Source of the DNA: Neophaeotheca triangularis
Lineage: Eukaryota
Length of the DNA: 64,000 bases
Direction: 5' to 3'
NCBI GenBank assembly: GCA_054600435.1
Contig: BAAIJX010000027.1
Span: 186,001-250,000 of the forward strand
A program made the translations under genes and the position numbers. A model generated the notes under the pieces. It saw only the letters and a list, made by a program, of their open reading frames with translations. It was not told where the DNA came from and did not search any database. Positions 46,657-60,403 of this stretch are shown here, piece by piece. Positions within the stretch are counted from its first letter, which is position 1. Each line of letters begins with the position of its first letter.

Positions 46657-48796
46657 ATGTCTGCTTCGGGAACGTACAGGGGTACCCCGAAAGGTCGGCC
46701 ACAAAATCCATTCAATGAGAGCCGTGACAGCCCCTCAAACATCCCTCGGCCTAAGCTCGAATCGATGCAGAGCGATGCTGGGTCCACGCACAGCTCGAGC
46801 AGGATGAAGCAGTCAAAGCGAGACGAGGTAGGCCATACGAGTGCTCTTTCGCGCTGTCAAGAGTCTTACTAACCGACGACTCTGCCAGGCCATCCGCATA
46901 AAGATCGAAAAGGATCTCTCCAAGAAGCGTTCAGGCGGCAACCGCTCCAAGCAGAACCGCAAAGCTCCTCCAGGCACTGTGCTCGCCCTTCGACCGAACC
47001 ATGCCCTACAGATCAAACCGGGCACTACCGTGACCGAAGCCGCTCAACTCATGGCTGCAAAGCGCGAGGACTGTGTGCTGGTGACTGACGACGACGATCG
47101 CATTGCTGGTATCTTCACGGCGAAGGACCTGGCTTTCCGTGTGGTGGGAACGGGCATGAAGGCAAACAATGTCACCATCGCCGAGATCATGACGAAGAAC
47201 CCACTTTGCGCAAAGACGGACACTTCTGCAACGGATGCGCTGGATTTGATGGTGCGAAAGGGGTTCCGGCATTTGCCTGTCATGGATGAGGATCACAACA
47301 TCAGTGGTATACTGGACATCACAAAGTGTTTCTACGATGCGATGGAGAAGCTAGAAAGGGCGTACAGCTCGTCCAAGAAGCTGTACGACGCTCTCGAGGG
47401 TGTACAGGCGGAGCTGGGTTCGAGTCAACCGCAGCAGGTCATACAATACGTGGAGGCTGTAAGGTCGAGGATGTCTGGTCCTACATTGGAGTCGGTGCTC
47501 AACGGTCTCCCACCAACTACTGTGTCTGTACGAACCAGCGTCAAGGAGGCTGCACAGATGATGAAGGAGAACCACACAACCGCGGTGCTTGTGCAAGACC
47601 AGGGACAGATCACCGGCATTTTCACGTCAAAAGATGTCGTTCTGCGCGTTATCGCGGCGGGACTTGACCCAGCCAACTGCAGTGTTATCCGCGTCATGAC
47701 ACCTCATCCAGACTTCGCGCCGCTCGACATGAGCATCCAGCAGGCTCTGAGGAAAATGCACGATGGCCATTATCTCAATCTCCCGGTTATGAATAAGGAG
47801 AATGACGAAATAGTGGGCATGGTGGATGTTCTGAAGTTGACATACGCCACGCTTGACCAGGTAAGATGCGCCACTTAAAATAGTAGATGCTTTCAGACAC
47901 TCACAACTGCGCAGATCAACTCCATGTCAACGGGCGACAATGAGGGTCCAGCTTGGCAAAAGTTCTGGATGTCCGTAGACCACGAAACCGAATCGGCCGT
48001 CTCAGGTGATGGTGGCAGCAGCGCCATGCCACACACTCCCGACACGCGCAGCAACATGATGTCCCCAGAACAAATGCATCGCCCTGGTATGGACCGTTTC
48101 GACAGCCTAGCCCCTGGCGATTCGGCCTCCCATCATGGTGCGCCTGATTCCCCTGATGCGTCTGGCTTCGCCGGCGCTGGCCCTTCGGCCACTAATCTTG
48201 AAGACCAACCCTTCACATTCAAGTTCAAAGCGCCTACTGGCCGTGTGCACCGTCTGCAGATTGTCGCTTCTGCCGGCCTCGCAGACTTGATCTCCGTCGT
48301 AGCAGAGAAGCTCGGCAGTGAAACGGAGTCTCTGGGCGGTATCCCCACTTTCGAGAACGACAAGCTCAGCCCTACGGGTTTCGCTCTCAGTTATCTAGAC
48401 AATGAAGGCGACACTGTTAGCTTGACCACCGATCGCGATCTGGTTGAGGCCATCTCACTTGCGCGACAGGGAAACAAGGACAAAGTCGATCTCTTCGTTC
48501 ACGACCCGGAAAAGCCTGCCATGTCTGCCACTGTGGAGCCGCAGCCTGCACTCGCGAGGCCAATCACTCCACCGGAGAGCACGACTCGACAACGCAAGAA
48601 GCGCCAGGAGGAAAGCGACGAGGAAGAGGAGGTGGCGGTTCCAGCCAAAGGGCGAAAGGTTTCAAGGGGTGAGGCCAAGAGTCAGGAGCAGGTTGTCCCC
48701 GGTGTGCCGAACGAACTATTGCTTCCCGGTGCTATTGGCGTGTTAGCTGCGGTCATTGTCGTCACGTTTGCGATCGGGAGGGCATCGAGCAAGTAA
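46657..48796 (+). CDS. CBS and PB1 domain protein with a C-terminal transmembrane anchor (Mug70-like); introns 46828-46888 and 47861-47914
   Basis: Two CBS pairs (GIFTAKDL, GFRHLPV, GIFTSKDV, HYLNLPV), PB1 motifs FKFKAPTGRVHR..LSYLDNEGDTV, hydrophobic tail. Confidence 0.9.
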
Positions 48797-49609
48797 GCTG
48801 CTTTTTGTTGGCGTGGGGGTTTTTGCGCAGGTCCTAGGTGGGGTGAGTGTTAGGAGGCATGGCTGGTGAGGAAACGTGCTCCTGTCTACCTTTGGGTGTC
48901 TCTATTTTGTCAACAGTCTCGTCTTTAGCAGTGATACCACTCTGCAGAACCTTCAGTACAAGTTTTATAGCTAAAAACAACTCCGGTTTACTTTTGGCAC
49001 CCCGCACGAGCAAAACATCACGAGCTCGACCACTGTCGACTCAAGTCTTCAGTCGACCGTGCCTCCAGGCAAGACACTGAGAGGTGTCTTAATCTCCAAC
49101 GAAAGGCTTGATGTCCAATTGAGCTTCCCCCGACAACCAGACGCAAGGCGTCTCATAATCTCGGACATGTAGATTACCTTACCCCTTACCGCAGTGTTTG
49201 CCGCACGAGACAAGACTACTCCAACTCTGACCCTCGCTTCATATTGCACCGTTTGCAGCGACCATCACCTCTAGCATGATGTTCGAGCATACTTGAGTCT
49301 CGTGGTCACTGCAAGGTGTAGCACATCACATGCCTTGGGCTCAGACAGTTGCATATCTCCTAATCCTCATTCCTCCCTCCCCCCCCCCTCCCTTCCCGTC
49401 TTCGGCCAACGCCACAAGCTCGGACCACGTGGAAGTAGTAGACCCTGACGTTACGAGTGAGCTCTTCTTCCCCCACAAACATTGACCCTCCGGCAAAAGA
49501 TTAATTACAATTTACGGTAATCTTGGGCTGCTTGTTCTGTTTTCCAACACCGCCTGGAACACGTTTTCTCACCCTTCCGGCGCGTCTGATCCCCGGATCC
49601 ACCGACATC

Positions 49610-52600
49610 ATGGCGCTGCTCCCTCCAGATGCGCAAATTGCGCTTCAACAACTTCTCCAAGGCCTTCAGTCGACAGACAACACGACGCGAAGCCAGGCTG
49701 AAGAGCAACTCAACACACAATGGGTCAACCAGCGGCCAGACATGCTCTTGGTCGGCTTGGCCGAGCAGATGGAGCAGTCACGAGATGAAGGCGTAATTCT
49801 CGCGACGAACCCTCAAATCACCCTTCGTGCCCTCACTGACCATCTAGTACAGACGCGTGCCTTTGCAGCTGTCATGTTCAGGCGGATAGCGACACGAACG
49901 ACCAAGGAGCAAGGCACAGGGACTCAAAAGGAGATATTTTTGCAGCTTAACCACCCACAGCAAGAGGAGATAAGACGGAAGCTACTGAACAGTCACGCCA
50001 ACGAATCCAAGGTGTCAATTAGGAACAAGATAGCCGACGCCATCGCTGAGGTTGCAAGGCAGTACACCGACGAGCAGGTCATGGCCCCCGACGGGACAAG
50101 GGATACATGGCCTGACCTGCTTGGCGCTCTCTTCCAGGCCAGCCAGTCTCCAGACGCCGCCATGCGCGAGTCGGCCTTCAGGATCTTCGAGACCACCCCT
50201 GGCATTATTGAGAAGCAACACGAGGACCATGTCCTCGGTGTCTTCAAAAGTGGTGTCAACGATTCCGAAGCCTCCGTGCGACTAGCAACCATGTCCGCCT
50301 TTTCATCATTCTTCCAATCCCTCACGAAGAAATCGCAAGTCAAGTACTACGAACTCATACCCGACATTCTCAACACAATCGTCCCGTTGAGAGACTCCAA
50401 GGACTCCGAACAGCTTACCAAGGCATTGATGGCTATCATCGAGCTCGCTGAGGTGGCTTCAAAGATGTTTAAGAACGTGTTCCCCACGCTTGTGCACCTC
50501 TGCATAGGCATGATCGCGGACAAGGACCTCGACGACCAGGCACGACAGAATGCGCTGGAGCTTATGGCTACCTTTGCCGATTACAACCCTACCATGTGCA
50601 AAAAGCAGCCAAACTACGCCCAGGATATGATCACGCAATGTCTGTCGCTCATGACAGATGTCGGTCTTGACGACGAGGACGCTGAGGAGTGGAACTCGCA
50701 AGAGGATTTGGACACAGACGACAGCGATACAAATCACGTTGCAGGCGAGCAATGTATGGATCGCCTAGCCAACAAGCTTGGCGGCCAGGTGATTCTTGTT
50801 CCTACGTTTGCATGGTTGCCGCGCATGATCACCTCTGGTGCCTGGAGGGACAGGCACGCTGCGCTGATGGCAATCTCCGCGATTTCAGAAGGCTGCCAAG
50901 AGCTGATGGAGGGAGAATTGGATAAGGTTCTTGATCTAGTTGTCCCAGCCCTCAGCGACCAGCATCCAAGAGTACGATGGGCTGGGTGCAACGCTCTCGG
51001 GCAAATGAGCACGGATTTCAAAGGGACCATGCAGACCAAATACCATCAGATCGTGCTGCCCGCGCTGATGCCGGTTCTGGGTGCACCAGAGCCACGAGTG
51101 CAGGCCCACGCAGCAGCGGCTTTGGTAAACTTCTGCGAGGAGGCAGAGAAGGAGATTCTCGCCCCATATCTTGACCGCCTGCTGCAACTACTCATGGGAT
51201 TGTTGGAGAACCAGAAGCGTTTCGTACAGGAGCAGGCCCTCTCCACCATTGCCACCGTTGCCGACTCTGCAGAAACTGCGTTCGGCGAGTGGTACGGCAA
51301 GCTCATGCCTCTCCTTTTCAACGTCCTCCAACAGCCCAACGACAAAGAGCTGCGACTCCTGCGGGCAAAGGCTATGGAGTGCGCTACTCTCATTGCTCTT
51401 GCTGTTGGCAAGGAGCGTATGCAGCAGGACGCTCTTACGCTTGTCAACATCCTTGGAAATGTCCAGCACAACCTCATCGACGACGACGACCCCCAGGAAA
51501 GCTACTTGTTGCACTGCTGGGGCCGTATGTGCCGTGTCCTTGGCCAAGACTTCGTACCTTATCTGCCTGCCGTCATGCCTCCACTCATGAAGCTCGCATC
51601 AGCAAAAGCGGACATCCAGCTACTGGACGACGAGGACAACGTCGCGCAGATGGAGCAAGAGGACGGCTGGGAGCTCGTGCCTGTCAAGGGGAAGTATATT
51701 GGTATCAAGACCAGCACGCTTGACGACAAGTTCATGGCCATTGAGCTCATCACCGTATACGCTCAAAATCTCGAGGCCGGCTTCTCTCCCTACGTAATCG
51801 AGATTATGGACAAGGTAGCCGTTCCTGGACTTGCGTTCTTCTTCCACGACCCGGTGAGAGTGGCGTCTGCAAAGGCGGTTCCGCAACTCCTGAACTCCTA
51901 CAAAATGGCACACGGCGTGCATTCGCAAGAGTACTTGGGCCTCTGGAGGAGCACGATTGAGAAGGTGTTGGAAGTGCTCGAGACCGAGCCTGCCATCGAG
52001 ACCCTTGCAGAAATGTACCAATGCTTCTACGAGTCTGTCGAGGTGTCTGGCAAGGACTGCCTCAGCAACGACCACATGGCCACCTTCATTACTTCTGCCG
52101 AGACGGTACTCCAAGACTATCAAAAGCGCGTCCAGGAGCGCGCTGAAGAAGCCAACGACCGCGAAGACGGCGAGGAGGCAGGCGAGGATGTCGAATTTGC
52201 CATTGAGGACGACCAAACCCTGCTGTCCGACATGAACAAGGCTTTCCACACGATCTTCAAGAACCAAGGGCAGTCCTTCATGCCCCACTGGGAGCGTCTC
52301 CTCAGCTACTACGACACCTTTGTCACTAACCCGGACCCCACCCAGCGACAATGGGCTCTTTGCATCCTTGACGACGTTCTCGAGTTCTGCGGTCCCGCAA
52401 GCTGGAATTACAACTCCCACATCATCCAGCCCCTGATTGACGGCATGCGCGACCCGGCACCGGCTAATCGTCAAGCCGCCGCCTACGGTGCAGGTGTCGC
52501 TGCGCACAAAGGTGGAGAGGCATGGTCAGAGTTCGCCAACGCTGCGCTGCCCATACTCTTCCAAGTCACACAAGTACCCAATGCAAGGTCCGACGACGAC

Positions 52601-53036
52601 GCTTTCGCAACAGAGAATGCATGCGCTAGTATCGCGAAGATTTTGCACTATAACAGCGCTAAGGTTGGCAATGTGGGTGAAGTTGTGGCCCATTGGATCG
52701 ACACTCTTCCAGTTGTCAACGACGAGGAAGCTGCGCCGTATGCTTACAGCTTCCTGGCACAGCTGATTGAGCAGTAAGGTTACCCCCACCGACAAATAAT
52801 TCCCAAAACTCATGCTGACACTGTACAGGCAAAACCAAGCTGTCATGAACAATGCCGCCAAGTGCTTCAACTACATTGCCCAGGCATTGGAAGCTGAGAC
52901 ATTGCAAGGAAACGTAGCGCAGCGCATCGTCGGCGCCGCAAAGCAACTCGTGCAGATGGCGGGCTTGGACGCCAACCAGCTGCTCGCTGGCATGACGGCC
53001 GAGACGCAGCAGACGGTCAGAGCCTTCTTCGCCTAG
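49610..53036 (+). CDS. PSE1: Importin-5 / karyopherin beta-3; introns 49793-49852 and 52774-52828
   Basis: HEAT repeats, WRDRHAALMAISAISEGC, HPRVRWAGCNALGQMSTDF, LLRAKAMECATLIALAVG. Confidence 0.93.
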
Positions 53037-53967
53037 GGAGACTGGCATAGGAGAGAGTTAAACATGACGATGCAGGAAAAGGTAGCTAGCGGTTTGCATA
53101 CGATATCCCCAACACGACGAAATGCATGGGAGCAGGGGCGAGGACGCGTGACGGAGTGAAGGCGGGTGACATAATAGGTTTGAATTGCGGTTGGCGGTTG
53201 GTGCTTTAGACGCATAGCCTGGCGAATGGCTCGAATCCAGCATACTTGCAGTATTACTTAAGGTACCCATTCACCGTCAACTGTTTGCTGTCCCTAGTGC
53301 TGTTCTACCCAGTGAAGAGGTATCAAAGGTGTTGTCGCCTAAGGCATACATGCTTGAACACGATGTCTTAACTAACTAAATTAAGGTGGCAGCTCTAGGC
53401 TTAGGTAACCTACCTTAGCTCGTGTCTCCTCCGCCCGCATCTTCGAGCACAGCAATTCGTGCAACACCACCAACTACCACATCAAACGGACCGCTTTCAA
53501 CCCCCTACCACCCACGCCGTCTTCGAATCAAAGCAGACCAAACCAAACCACTCTTCATACCTACACTACCCACCGCCCTTACTTACAGCGACAATAGCCG
53601 ACAGGGACACCTACACCAATCGGTTGTCACTCCCACCTTCACCAAGCCCAGCTTGTAGAAAGACTTGCCTGTACCTGGCCTACTCCACTGCTGGCCTAGC
53701 CTCGACCTTCGCAGACCAGATATCCTCACGTACCTTGGGAACATAGTCTCCCGTCACTGCTCTTATACCGATCAAAAGTGCGCGTCTTGGCTGTGTACCA
53801 TCCGAGGCACCCCAGCCAGCTTTTCTCCATTCAAGACTTGTCGCTTGTCGGACAAACGGGAACCATTGACACTTCTCTTGCGCACGACCTCCGATAACAC
53901 TCACGACTACGATAGCCGACAGTCAGTGCCATTCCAGGCGGTAGTGGATACTTCAGACAAACTCACA

Positions 53968-55611
53968 ATGGCCTCGGAGCTTACAAACAAGCTCGAGGCG
54001 ACCAACTTGGGAGAGGATGCGGCGCAGGATGGTAACTGGAAGGCGGGCCTCAATGCGCCGGCGAGAGATGGAAGAGTTCAGACTGAGGATGTTACAAAGA
54101 CAAAAGGCCTGGAATTTGAGGACTTTTATATCAAGCGCGAGCTCATGATGGGTATCTTTGAGGCGGGGTTTGAGAAGCCTTCACCCATTCAAGAAGAGAC
54201 CATACCCGTTGCTCTGACAGGGCGAGACATTTTGGCGCGCGCGAAGAACGGTACGGGTAAGACTGCAGCTTTTGTCATACCCACCCTTGAGCGCGTCAAC
54301 CCGAAGCTGCAAAAGACACAAGCACTCATCTTGGTCCCGACGAGAGAACTTGCGCTGCAAACGTCGCAGGTATGCAAGACACTGGGTAAACACCTTGGCA
54401 TCAAGGTCATGGTCACTACCGGAGGTACAGGGCTGAAGGACGACATTATGCGCCTGAACGACACCGTCCATATCATTGTCGGTACGCCCGGGCGTATTCT
54501 CGATCTCGCATCAAAGGGTGTAGCCGATCTGTCCGAAGCTAAGACTTTCGTCATGGACGAGGCTGATAAGCTTCTGTCTCCCGAGTTCACAGTCACCATC
54601 GAGCAGCTTTTGGCCTTCCACCCCAAGGAGCGCCAGGTCATGCTCTTCTCCGCAACTTTCCCCATCGTCGTCAAGTCCTTCAAGGACAAACACATGACCG
54701 ATCCCCACGAAATCAACCTCATGGACGAGCTCACCCTGCGAGGTATCACCCAATACTATGCTTTTGTCGACGAGAAGCAAAAAGTTCACTGCCTCAACAC
54801 TCTCTTCAGCAAACTTCAAATCAACCAGTCCATCATCTTCTGCAACAGCACGACTCGTGTGGAGCTCCTGGCGAAGAAGATTACCGAGCTCGGCTACTCC
54901 TGTTTCTACTCCCACGCCAAAATGCTGCAGCACTCGCGTAATCGTGTCTTCCACGACTTCCGAAATGGCAGCTGCCGCAACCTTGTCTGCTCCGACCTCT
55001 TGACTCGTGGTATCGACATCCAAGCTGTAAACGTTGTCATTAACTTCGACTTTCCCAAGAACGCCGAAACCTACCTCCACCGTATCGGCCGTTCTGGACG
55101 TTTCGGTCACCTTGGTCTCGCTATCAACTTGATCAACTGGGAAGATCGCTTCAACCTGTACCGCATTGAGCAAGAGCTCGGCACCGAGATTCAACCGATT
55201 CCCGGTAACATCGACAAGAAGCTCTACGTCTACGACTCTCCTGACAACATCCCGAGGCCGCAAGCAAACTTGCCACCTCCTACGAACCAGCGCCAAGGCG
55301 GTCAGCGTGACGACAGGAGACAGCAAGGGAATGGCGCGGATCTCGCCAACCCTGCAAATCGAACCGGCGGCTACCGCGGAGGCCGTGGCGGAGGCGGTTA
55401 CAGGGGTGGTGGGCGTGGTGGGGGTGTTCCCAGAGACGGCGCCCAGCAACAATTCCAGAACGGCTTCCAAGGCCAGCAGTACCCGCAGCAACAGCAGCCA
55501 CGTGGCCCCGCACCACCCGGCTTCCCGCAACGACAACCGCAAGGACCTCCGCCGCCGTCGCAGCAGCAGCAACAGCAGCAGCAGATGGGCCAGTCGGCAG
55601 CTCAGGCTTAG
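53968..55611 (+). CDS. DHH1: DEAD-box RNA helicase Dhh1/DDX6
   Basis: [49 protein letters not shown] and Gln-rich tail. Confidence 0.97.
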   Translation: MASELTNKLEATNLGEDAAQDGNWKAGLNAPARDGRVQTEDVTKTKGLEFEDFYIKRELMMGIFEAGFEKPSPIQEETIPVALTGRDILARAKNGTGKTAAFVIPTLERVNPKLQKTQALILVPTRELALQTSQVCKTLGKHLGIKVMVTTGGTGLKDDIMRLNDTVHIIVGTPGRILDLASKGVADLSEAKTFVMDEADKLLSPEFTVTIEQLLAFHPKERQVMLFSATFPIVVKSFKDKHMTDPHEINLMDELTLRGITQYYAFVDEKQKVHCLNTLFSKLQINQSIIFCNSTTRVELLAKKITELGYSCFYSHAKMLQHSRNRVFHDFRNGSCRNLVCSDLLTRGIDIQAVNVVINFDFPKNAETYLHRIGRSGRFGHLGLAINLINWEDRFNLYRIEQELGTEIQPIPGNIDKKLYVYDSPDNIPRPQANLPPPTNQRQGGQRDDRRQQGNGADLANPANRTGGYRGGRGGGGYRGGGRGGGVPRDGAQQQFQNGFQGQQYPQQQQPRGPAPPGFPQRQPQGPPPPSQQQQQQQQMGQSAAQA

Positions 55612-57159
55612 CAAGCCGGGCGACGCTGATAGCCTTGTCCTTTGCTTGCTTCCATACGTGCTTTGGCGAGGCAGACTTGAGTACGTTGCCATGGCGTTTT
55701 TTCACGGCGTTTCACACATCTCCTTTCTCCTTCGTAATTTTTCCAGCATAAGGCTAGCGCGAATGCTTACCCAGTGAATCAGTTGTGGCCGGCGAGCCCA
55801 ATGCGGCGGTGGCGTTCAAATTACTGGGCTTGGCGGACGAAGCGCTTGCGATCGACGACCTGACGATCGAATGTGTTCCTGTTTTTCTTGCTCCCGGCCG
55901 GCCGTTCCTAACTCTGGCTCGGCACTACACACTCTCCTTCTATTTCCAACAGTCCCATGACCTCCTGCTTTGGAGAGTCACCGAGCGTTGTGTCTGGATA
56001 CTTCACCGCGATCCTGCAAGACCACCTTCAGCACGGCAAACACACCACAAAACCCAACTTGCACGATCGTACTACCAAACCACACATTTCCTCACTCGAG
56101 CCCCTGCCGCACTCCAGGGGCTTACCCTGCCAAATTACGCGCACCAGTCTCTGCCCTTTCCGACGACCTGGGCCATCCGCGTGCTTTCGACCCGACGGTC
56201 CCCGCTCACCGAAGAAGGCAAGACAACTGTTGATTACGTCACCCAGGCGGCAAGATCAGTTCGGATCGTTCTTTCCCTACCCACGCAATTCAGATAAGCG
56301 CTCAGCCAGATCGTCGGCTCTTCTATGCAGACATAGCGGCGCGAGAATAGGGAAAAGGAACGACCTGGAAGAAGAAAACAAAACATAAAAACAGATTTTG
56401 GGGAAGAGTTTTGAGCTCGCTTTTTCCACTCTCCCGTTTGTAGTACCGCGCTGGTCTTTGAGAGGCTGGCTGCTACTCACTATGAGTGTGGTTCTTTCTA
56501 GATAGCTCGAATGTCAACCTTTCTTCCTCACATGGTGTCTCTCCGTGGCCTATTGTTCAATACTTGATTATGATGTGTTTGCGGGTACAAGCATGATGAT
56601 AAGCGTTTCGAGAGCGGGCGAGAGCAGGGAGTGCGCATTGGATGAAGCTGACTATTGCCAGGAAACGCTACTGCACTATCTCCATGTGCTAGAGAACATG
56701 TCCCCGGCCATGGACGAGCAGTGTGCCACTTTAAGGCCATTGTGACGCCAAGAAGGGTTGCCCTCTACGTTATGCGGATCATGGCTGGTGCCTTAGCAGC
56801 TACACATCAAGCCGAGCGACTCCACGGGACTCCGCAGCGTACAGGAGAAGGTAAAGTAGAAACGGGCAAGAAATCCATACGACAAAGGAAACACCTCGAA
56901 GCCTGATACCAAAAGTCGATTAAGGTCAGACTTCAACAAGCTAGTATGGCTTTGGATATCAAACATCCCGCGCATGCTAAGTAGATCTAGGACTTCAGTG
57001 ACATACAATAGGTCACAATCATGCCATGCGAGGAGGACCTCATGGTCACCTTCTAGCATATCCGTGATCTCGCCGCCTACAACTCTAGGAGTCTCGAATG
57101 TTTACTCGAAACCAGAATCTGGAGCACCGACCGAAGACCAATCAGCACAAGTTTATTTT

Positions 57160-57586
57160 AATCTCCCATAGAAGCGCTACAGCGCCGTTGACGATCGGCT
57201 ATTAGAATCTTATTACGGAGAAAGTCCCCGTTGGAGAAAACCGCCCATTGAGAGGGCTCGCGTGTAGAAGGCGACCGTGGGGAAGTCCGACGACGGCCAC
57301 AGTGAAGGCTTCCATGACAAGGAATGGTGCGACGAACAAGGGCTCTGCGAGTGGTCCTGCCGTCGAGGCTACTGCTAGGGTTGGGTATTCCCGCTGTGAT
57401 AGATATTCCGGGGGACACTAAGACGGGGCGATACAGTCGAACGTTTCGCGGCGGGTCAAGATGGCTGGACATCTCATTCTTCGGCTCCTTTGAATACCTA
57501 CATCCGCGTGCTCGGCTCCGTGGGGGCCAGTGTGGTAGAATTGCAAGATGGGGCTCGCTGAGCGTGTAAAATCGGGTTCAGAGATT
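57160..57586 (+). ncRNA. NME1: RNase MRP RNA
   Basis: CR-I GAAAGTCCCC (57220-57229) pairs with CR-V GGGGCTC (57550-57556) to form P4; terminal AATCTC/GAGATT pairing; P2-like CTACAGCGC/GTGTGGTAG; GAGAA loop after P4; TTGGGTATTC (57381-57390) matches a segment I recall from yeast NME1. Confidence 0.85.
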
Positions 57587-58337
57587 TTCCACTTCGTTCT
57601 CTTAATGCGATATCAGCACTCTGATCAGACCGACTTGGGAAGCCGGAGCCATGCTGCAACAGGGCTGAAGAACCTACGCGTCGTCGAAAACCAGTTTGAG
57701 ACGAGATAACTACTAGGTACCGGTGAGTATGTCTTCCAAGACAGACGACAGCGTGAACGGTGATGGACGGCCTTTGTTTTAGGGCTATCTTACCTAATTT
57801 GCTGCCGATTAATAACCTTCCTAGTCAAGAGGACAATGCACGACTCCGTTGTCGGAGACACCTGATCTCTGGATATATACGGTAAGATATTCCCTACCAA
57901 CATTCGAGATGACAGGCCTGAAACCTGACGGAAAGTCATGCTCAGCTCGGAGACGATCAGGCTCGCCTTCCACTCCCACGTGCACCTCTAAGCTTTGCCT
58001 CACACAAGGCAGGTTAAGAAAGTTCATGGCTGAACAAGCTCTCGCGGAACGGCAGACAAGAGCCGTGCGGGGAAAGCTTCACTTGCTTGTCACCGATATC
58101 GCGAAGATCTATACCAAATCAGTGGCAATGCTGACCAAGTTTGTGACGTCCAGAGTTCCGCGAGCACGCGGTTTGTGTGCGGGGGCTCGTGGCCTTGGTA
58201 TTGCATTTCTTGCAAAGTGCTGCAGTGTTTCATGAGCGTTCTCTTTCCTCTGTCCAATCCCTTCCTGTTGGCTTCCCCTATCGTTGACCCTCTCCGCCAA
58301 ACCCTGCGCGTGCTTTGTGGGACAATTGTTAGAAAGC

Positions 58338-59922
58338 ATGGCGAGAGAGGATGCCCCCACCGGCGACTTCGATGCGAAATACTCGATTGACGATGCCGGC
58401 TACGAACCCTCCCCAGATAGCATTCGAGGCGACGTAGCAGAAAAACGAGCTGGAGATAATCCAGCGGAGAAGGGCGCGCCCGGCGACCCCTTTGGCGATG
58501 AGTCGAACAACGAGGTCAAGTACAGGTATGCCCTCTCAAGGATGGGGGGCGGGTTTTGCAGCCAGTAGACTTCACTATGCTGACAGTATCTTCAGGACCA
58601 TGGAATGGTACCATGCTGCGGTCATCCTGATCGCTGAGACGGTATCGCTCGGAATCCTTTCGCTGCCCTCAGTACTGGCCTCTATCGGCATGGTTCCAGG
58701 AGTGATCCTGATCCTCGGCCTAGGTGCCCTCGCGACCTATACAGGATACGTTATCGGCCAGTTCAAGATGCGATACCCGCACGTACACAATATGGGGGAT
58801 GCTGGAGAGGTCATGCTGGGAGCCTTTGGTCGAGAGTTGTTTGGTGCCGCGCAGACTCTGTTCTTGTGTTTCAACATGGGCTCTCATCTGTTGACTTTCA
58901 AGATCGCGATGGACGTCATAACCGAGCACGCAACATGCTCAATCGTCTGGGGGTTTGTTGGCATGTTTGTGCTCTTCGTATGCACCTTGCCTCGAACGCT
59001 GAAGAAAGTGAGCTACTTCTCGCTTATTTCGTTCCTCTCGATTGGCGGAGGTGTCATGATTACAATGATCGGAGTCGGAGTCGAAAGGCCAGATCCTACG
59101 GTCCAGGCAACGACGGCGGTGGCTTTCGCCTCTGGCTTTGGCAGCGTGACCAACATCATCTTCGCCTATGCCGGCCACGTCGCCTTCTTCAGCTTCATCT
59201 CAGAGCTTAAGAACCCCGCCGATTTCCCAAAAGCTCTATGGGCCTTGCAGATCACCGCTACGACCCTCTACTTGGTCGTCGCCATCGTCATATACCGTTA
59301 TGCTGGTCCAAATGTCGCCTCCCCGGCATTGGGCTCTGCTGCTCCAACTGTTTCCAAGGTAGCTTATGGTATTGCGATTCCAACGGTAAGTGCCCCTTGA
59401 GGTTTTCAACGCATGACTTTCTCTAACAATCTTCAGATCCTGCTCGCCGGGATGATATATGCTCATGTGGGAGCCAAAGTAAGATCAAGAATACCGAGTA
59501 AAGAGAACATGGACACGCTAACCCTGGGCCACTAGTACATATACGTGCGTCTGTACCGCGGCACCAAGCATATGTCCGAGCGTACCTGGAAGTCTTTCGG
59601 TAGCTGGTTCATAATCGTCCTGACTTTGTGGATCGTTGCCTGGATCCTCGCGGAGAGCATCCCAACTTTCAACGACATTCTAGGGTTGATTGCCGCGCTC
59701 TTCGCGTCCTGGTTCACGTACGGCCTTTCCGGGGTATTCTGGCTATATATGAGGAGGGGCGAGTGGTTCAGCAGTAGCAAAAACATTGCTCTAACGGTGT
59801 TGAACTTCTGCATCTTCGGCATCGGAGCTGCCATTTGTGGTATTGGATTGTACGCCAGTGGCAAGTCAATCCACGACAATGCCGGAAACGGTGGCAGCTG
59901 GACTTGTGCTGCAAGCACTTGA
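58338..59922 (+). CDS. AAAP/Aa_trans family neutral amino-acid permease (Mtr-like); introns 58526-58595, 59386-59436, 59479-59535
   Basis: VKYRTMEWYHAAVILIAETVSLGILSLP, NIIFAYAGHVAFFSFISELKNPADFPKAL, AESIPTFNDILGLI. Confidence 0.92.
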
Positions 59923-60403
59923 TCACCCGCCTTAAGTAGTATACCGAGAATACCAGGCCAGGTTGATATTTTTTGTCCTTGGCGCATGCTAGGTTGACTG
60001 TTTCAGAGGTCCCTACCATTGAATGTCCCATCCCATACGCCTTCTAAACTGACCAGGCTCCCAGTCCTTTGGAGAGTCATCAAACCTAACATTAGTGCCT
60101 CGAAGTCCTTAGGCATCCGGCCATACGATGCCTACAGGCTTCTCGATCGGGCGCGGTGCAAAGTGATAGCAAGACGGTTGCGGCGGTGACCGCCATGTTG
60201 GAAAATCAGAACATGCCTAAGAATGCAATGCCGTGTTATTGCGTGGTAACATGCGAGAGGAAAGAAGGAAAGGTACATACATTATTGTTTTTCGTAGCTA
60301 AGAGGTAGTAGGAGGCACAAGTAAGTGAATGTTGATTGTCAAAGCGGTGATTGGCTGTCCACGCCCTACAGATACAGATTACATGAGATGTCACTTTCTG
60401 CCC

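Noticed and set aside
56541..57523. CTCCGTGG NirA-like sites at 56541 and 57516
   Set aside because: One lies inside the RNase MRP RNA, and several chance matches are expected per 64 kb
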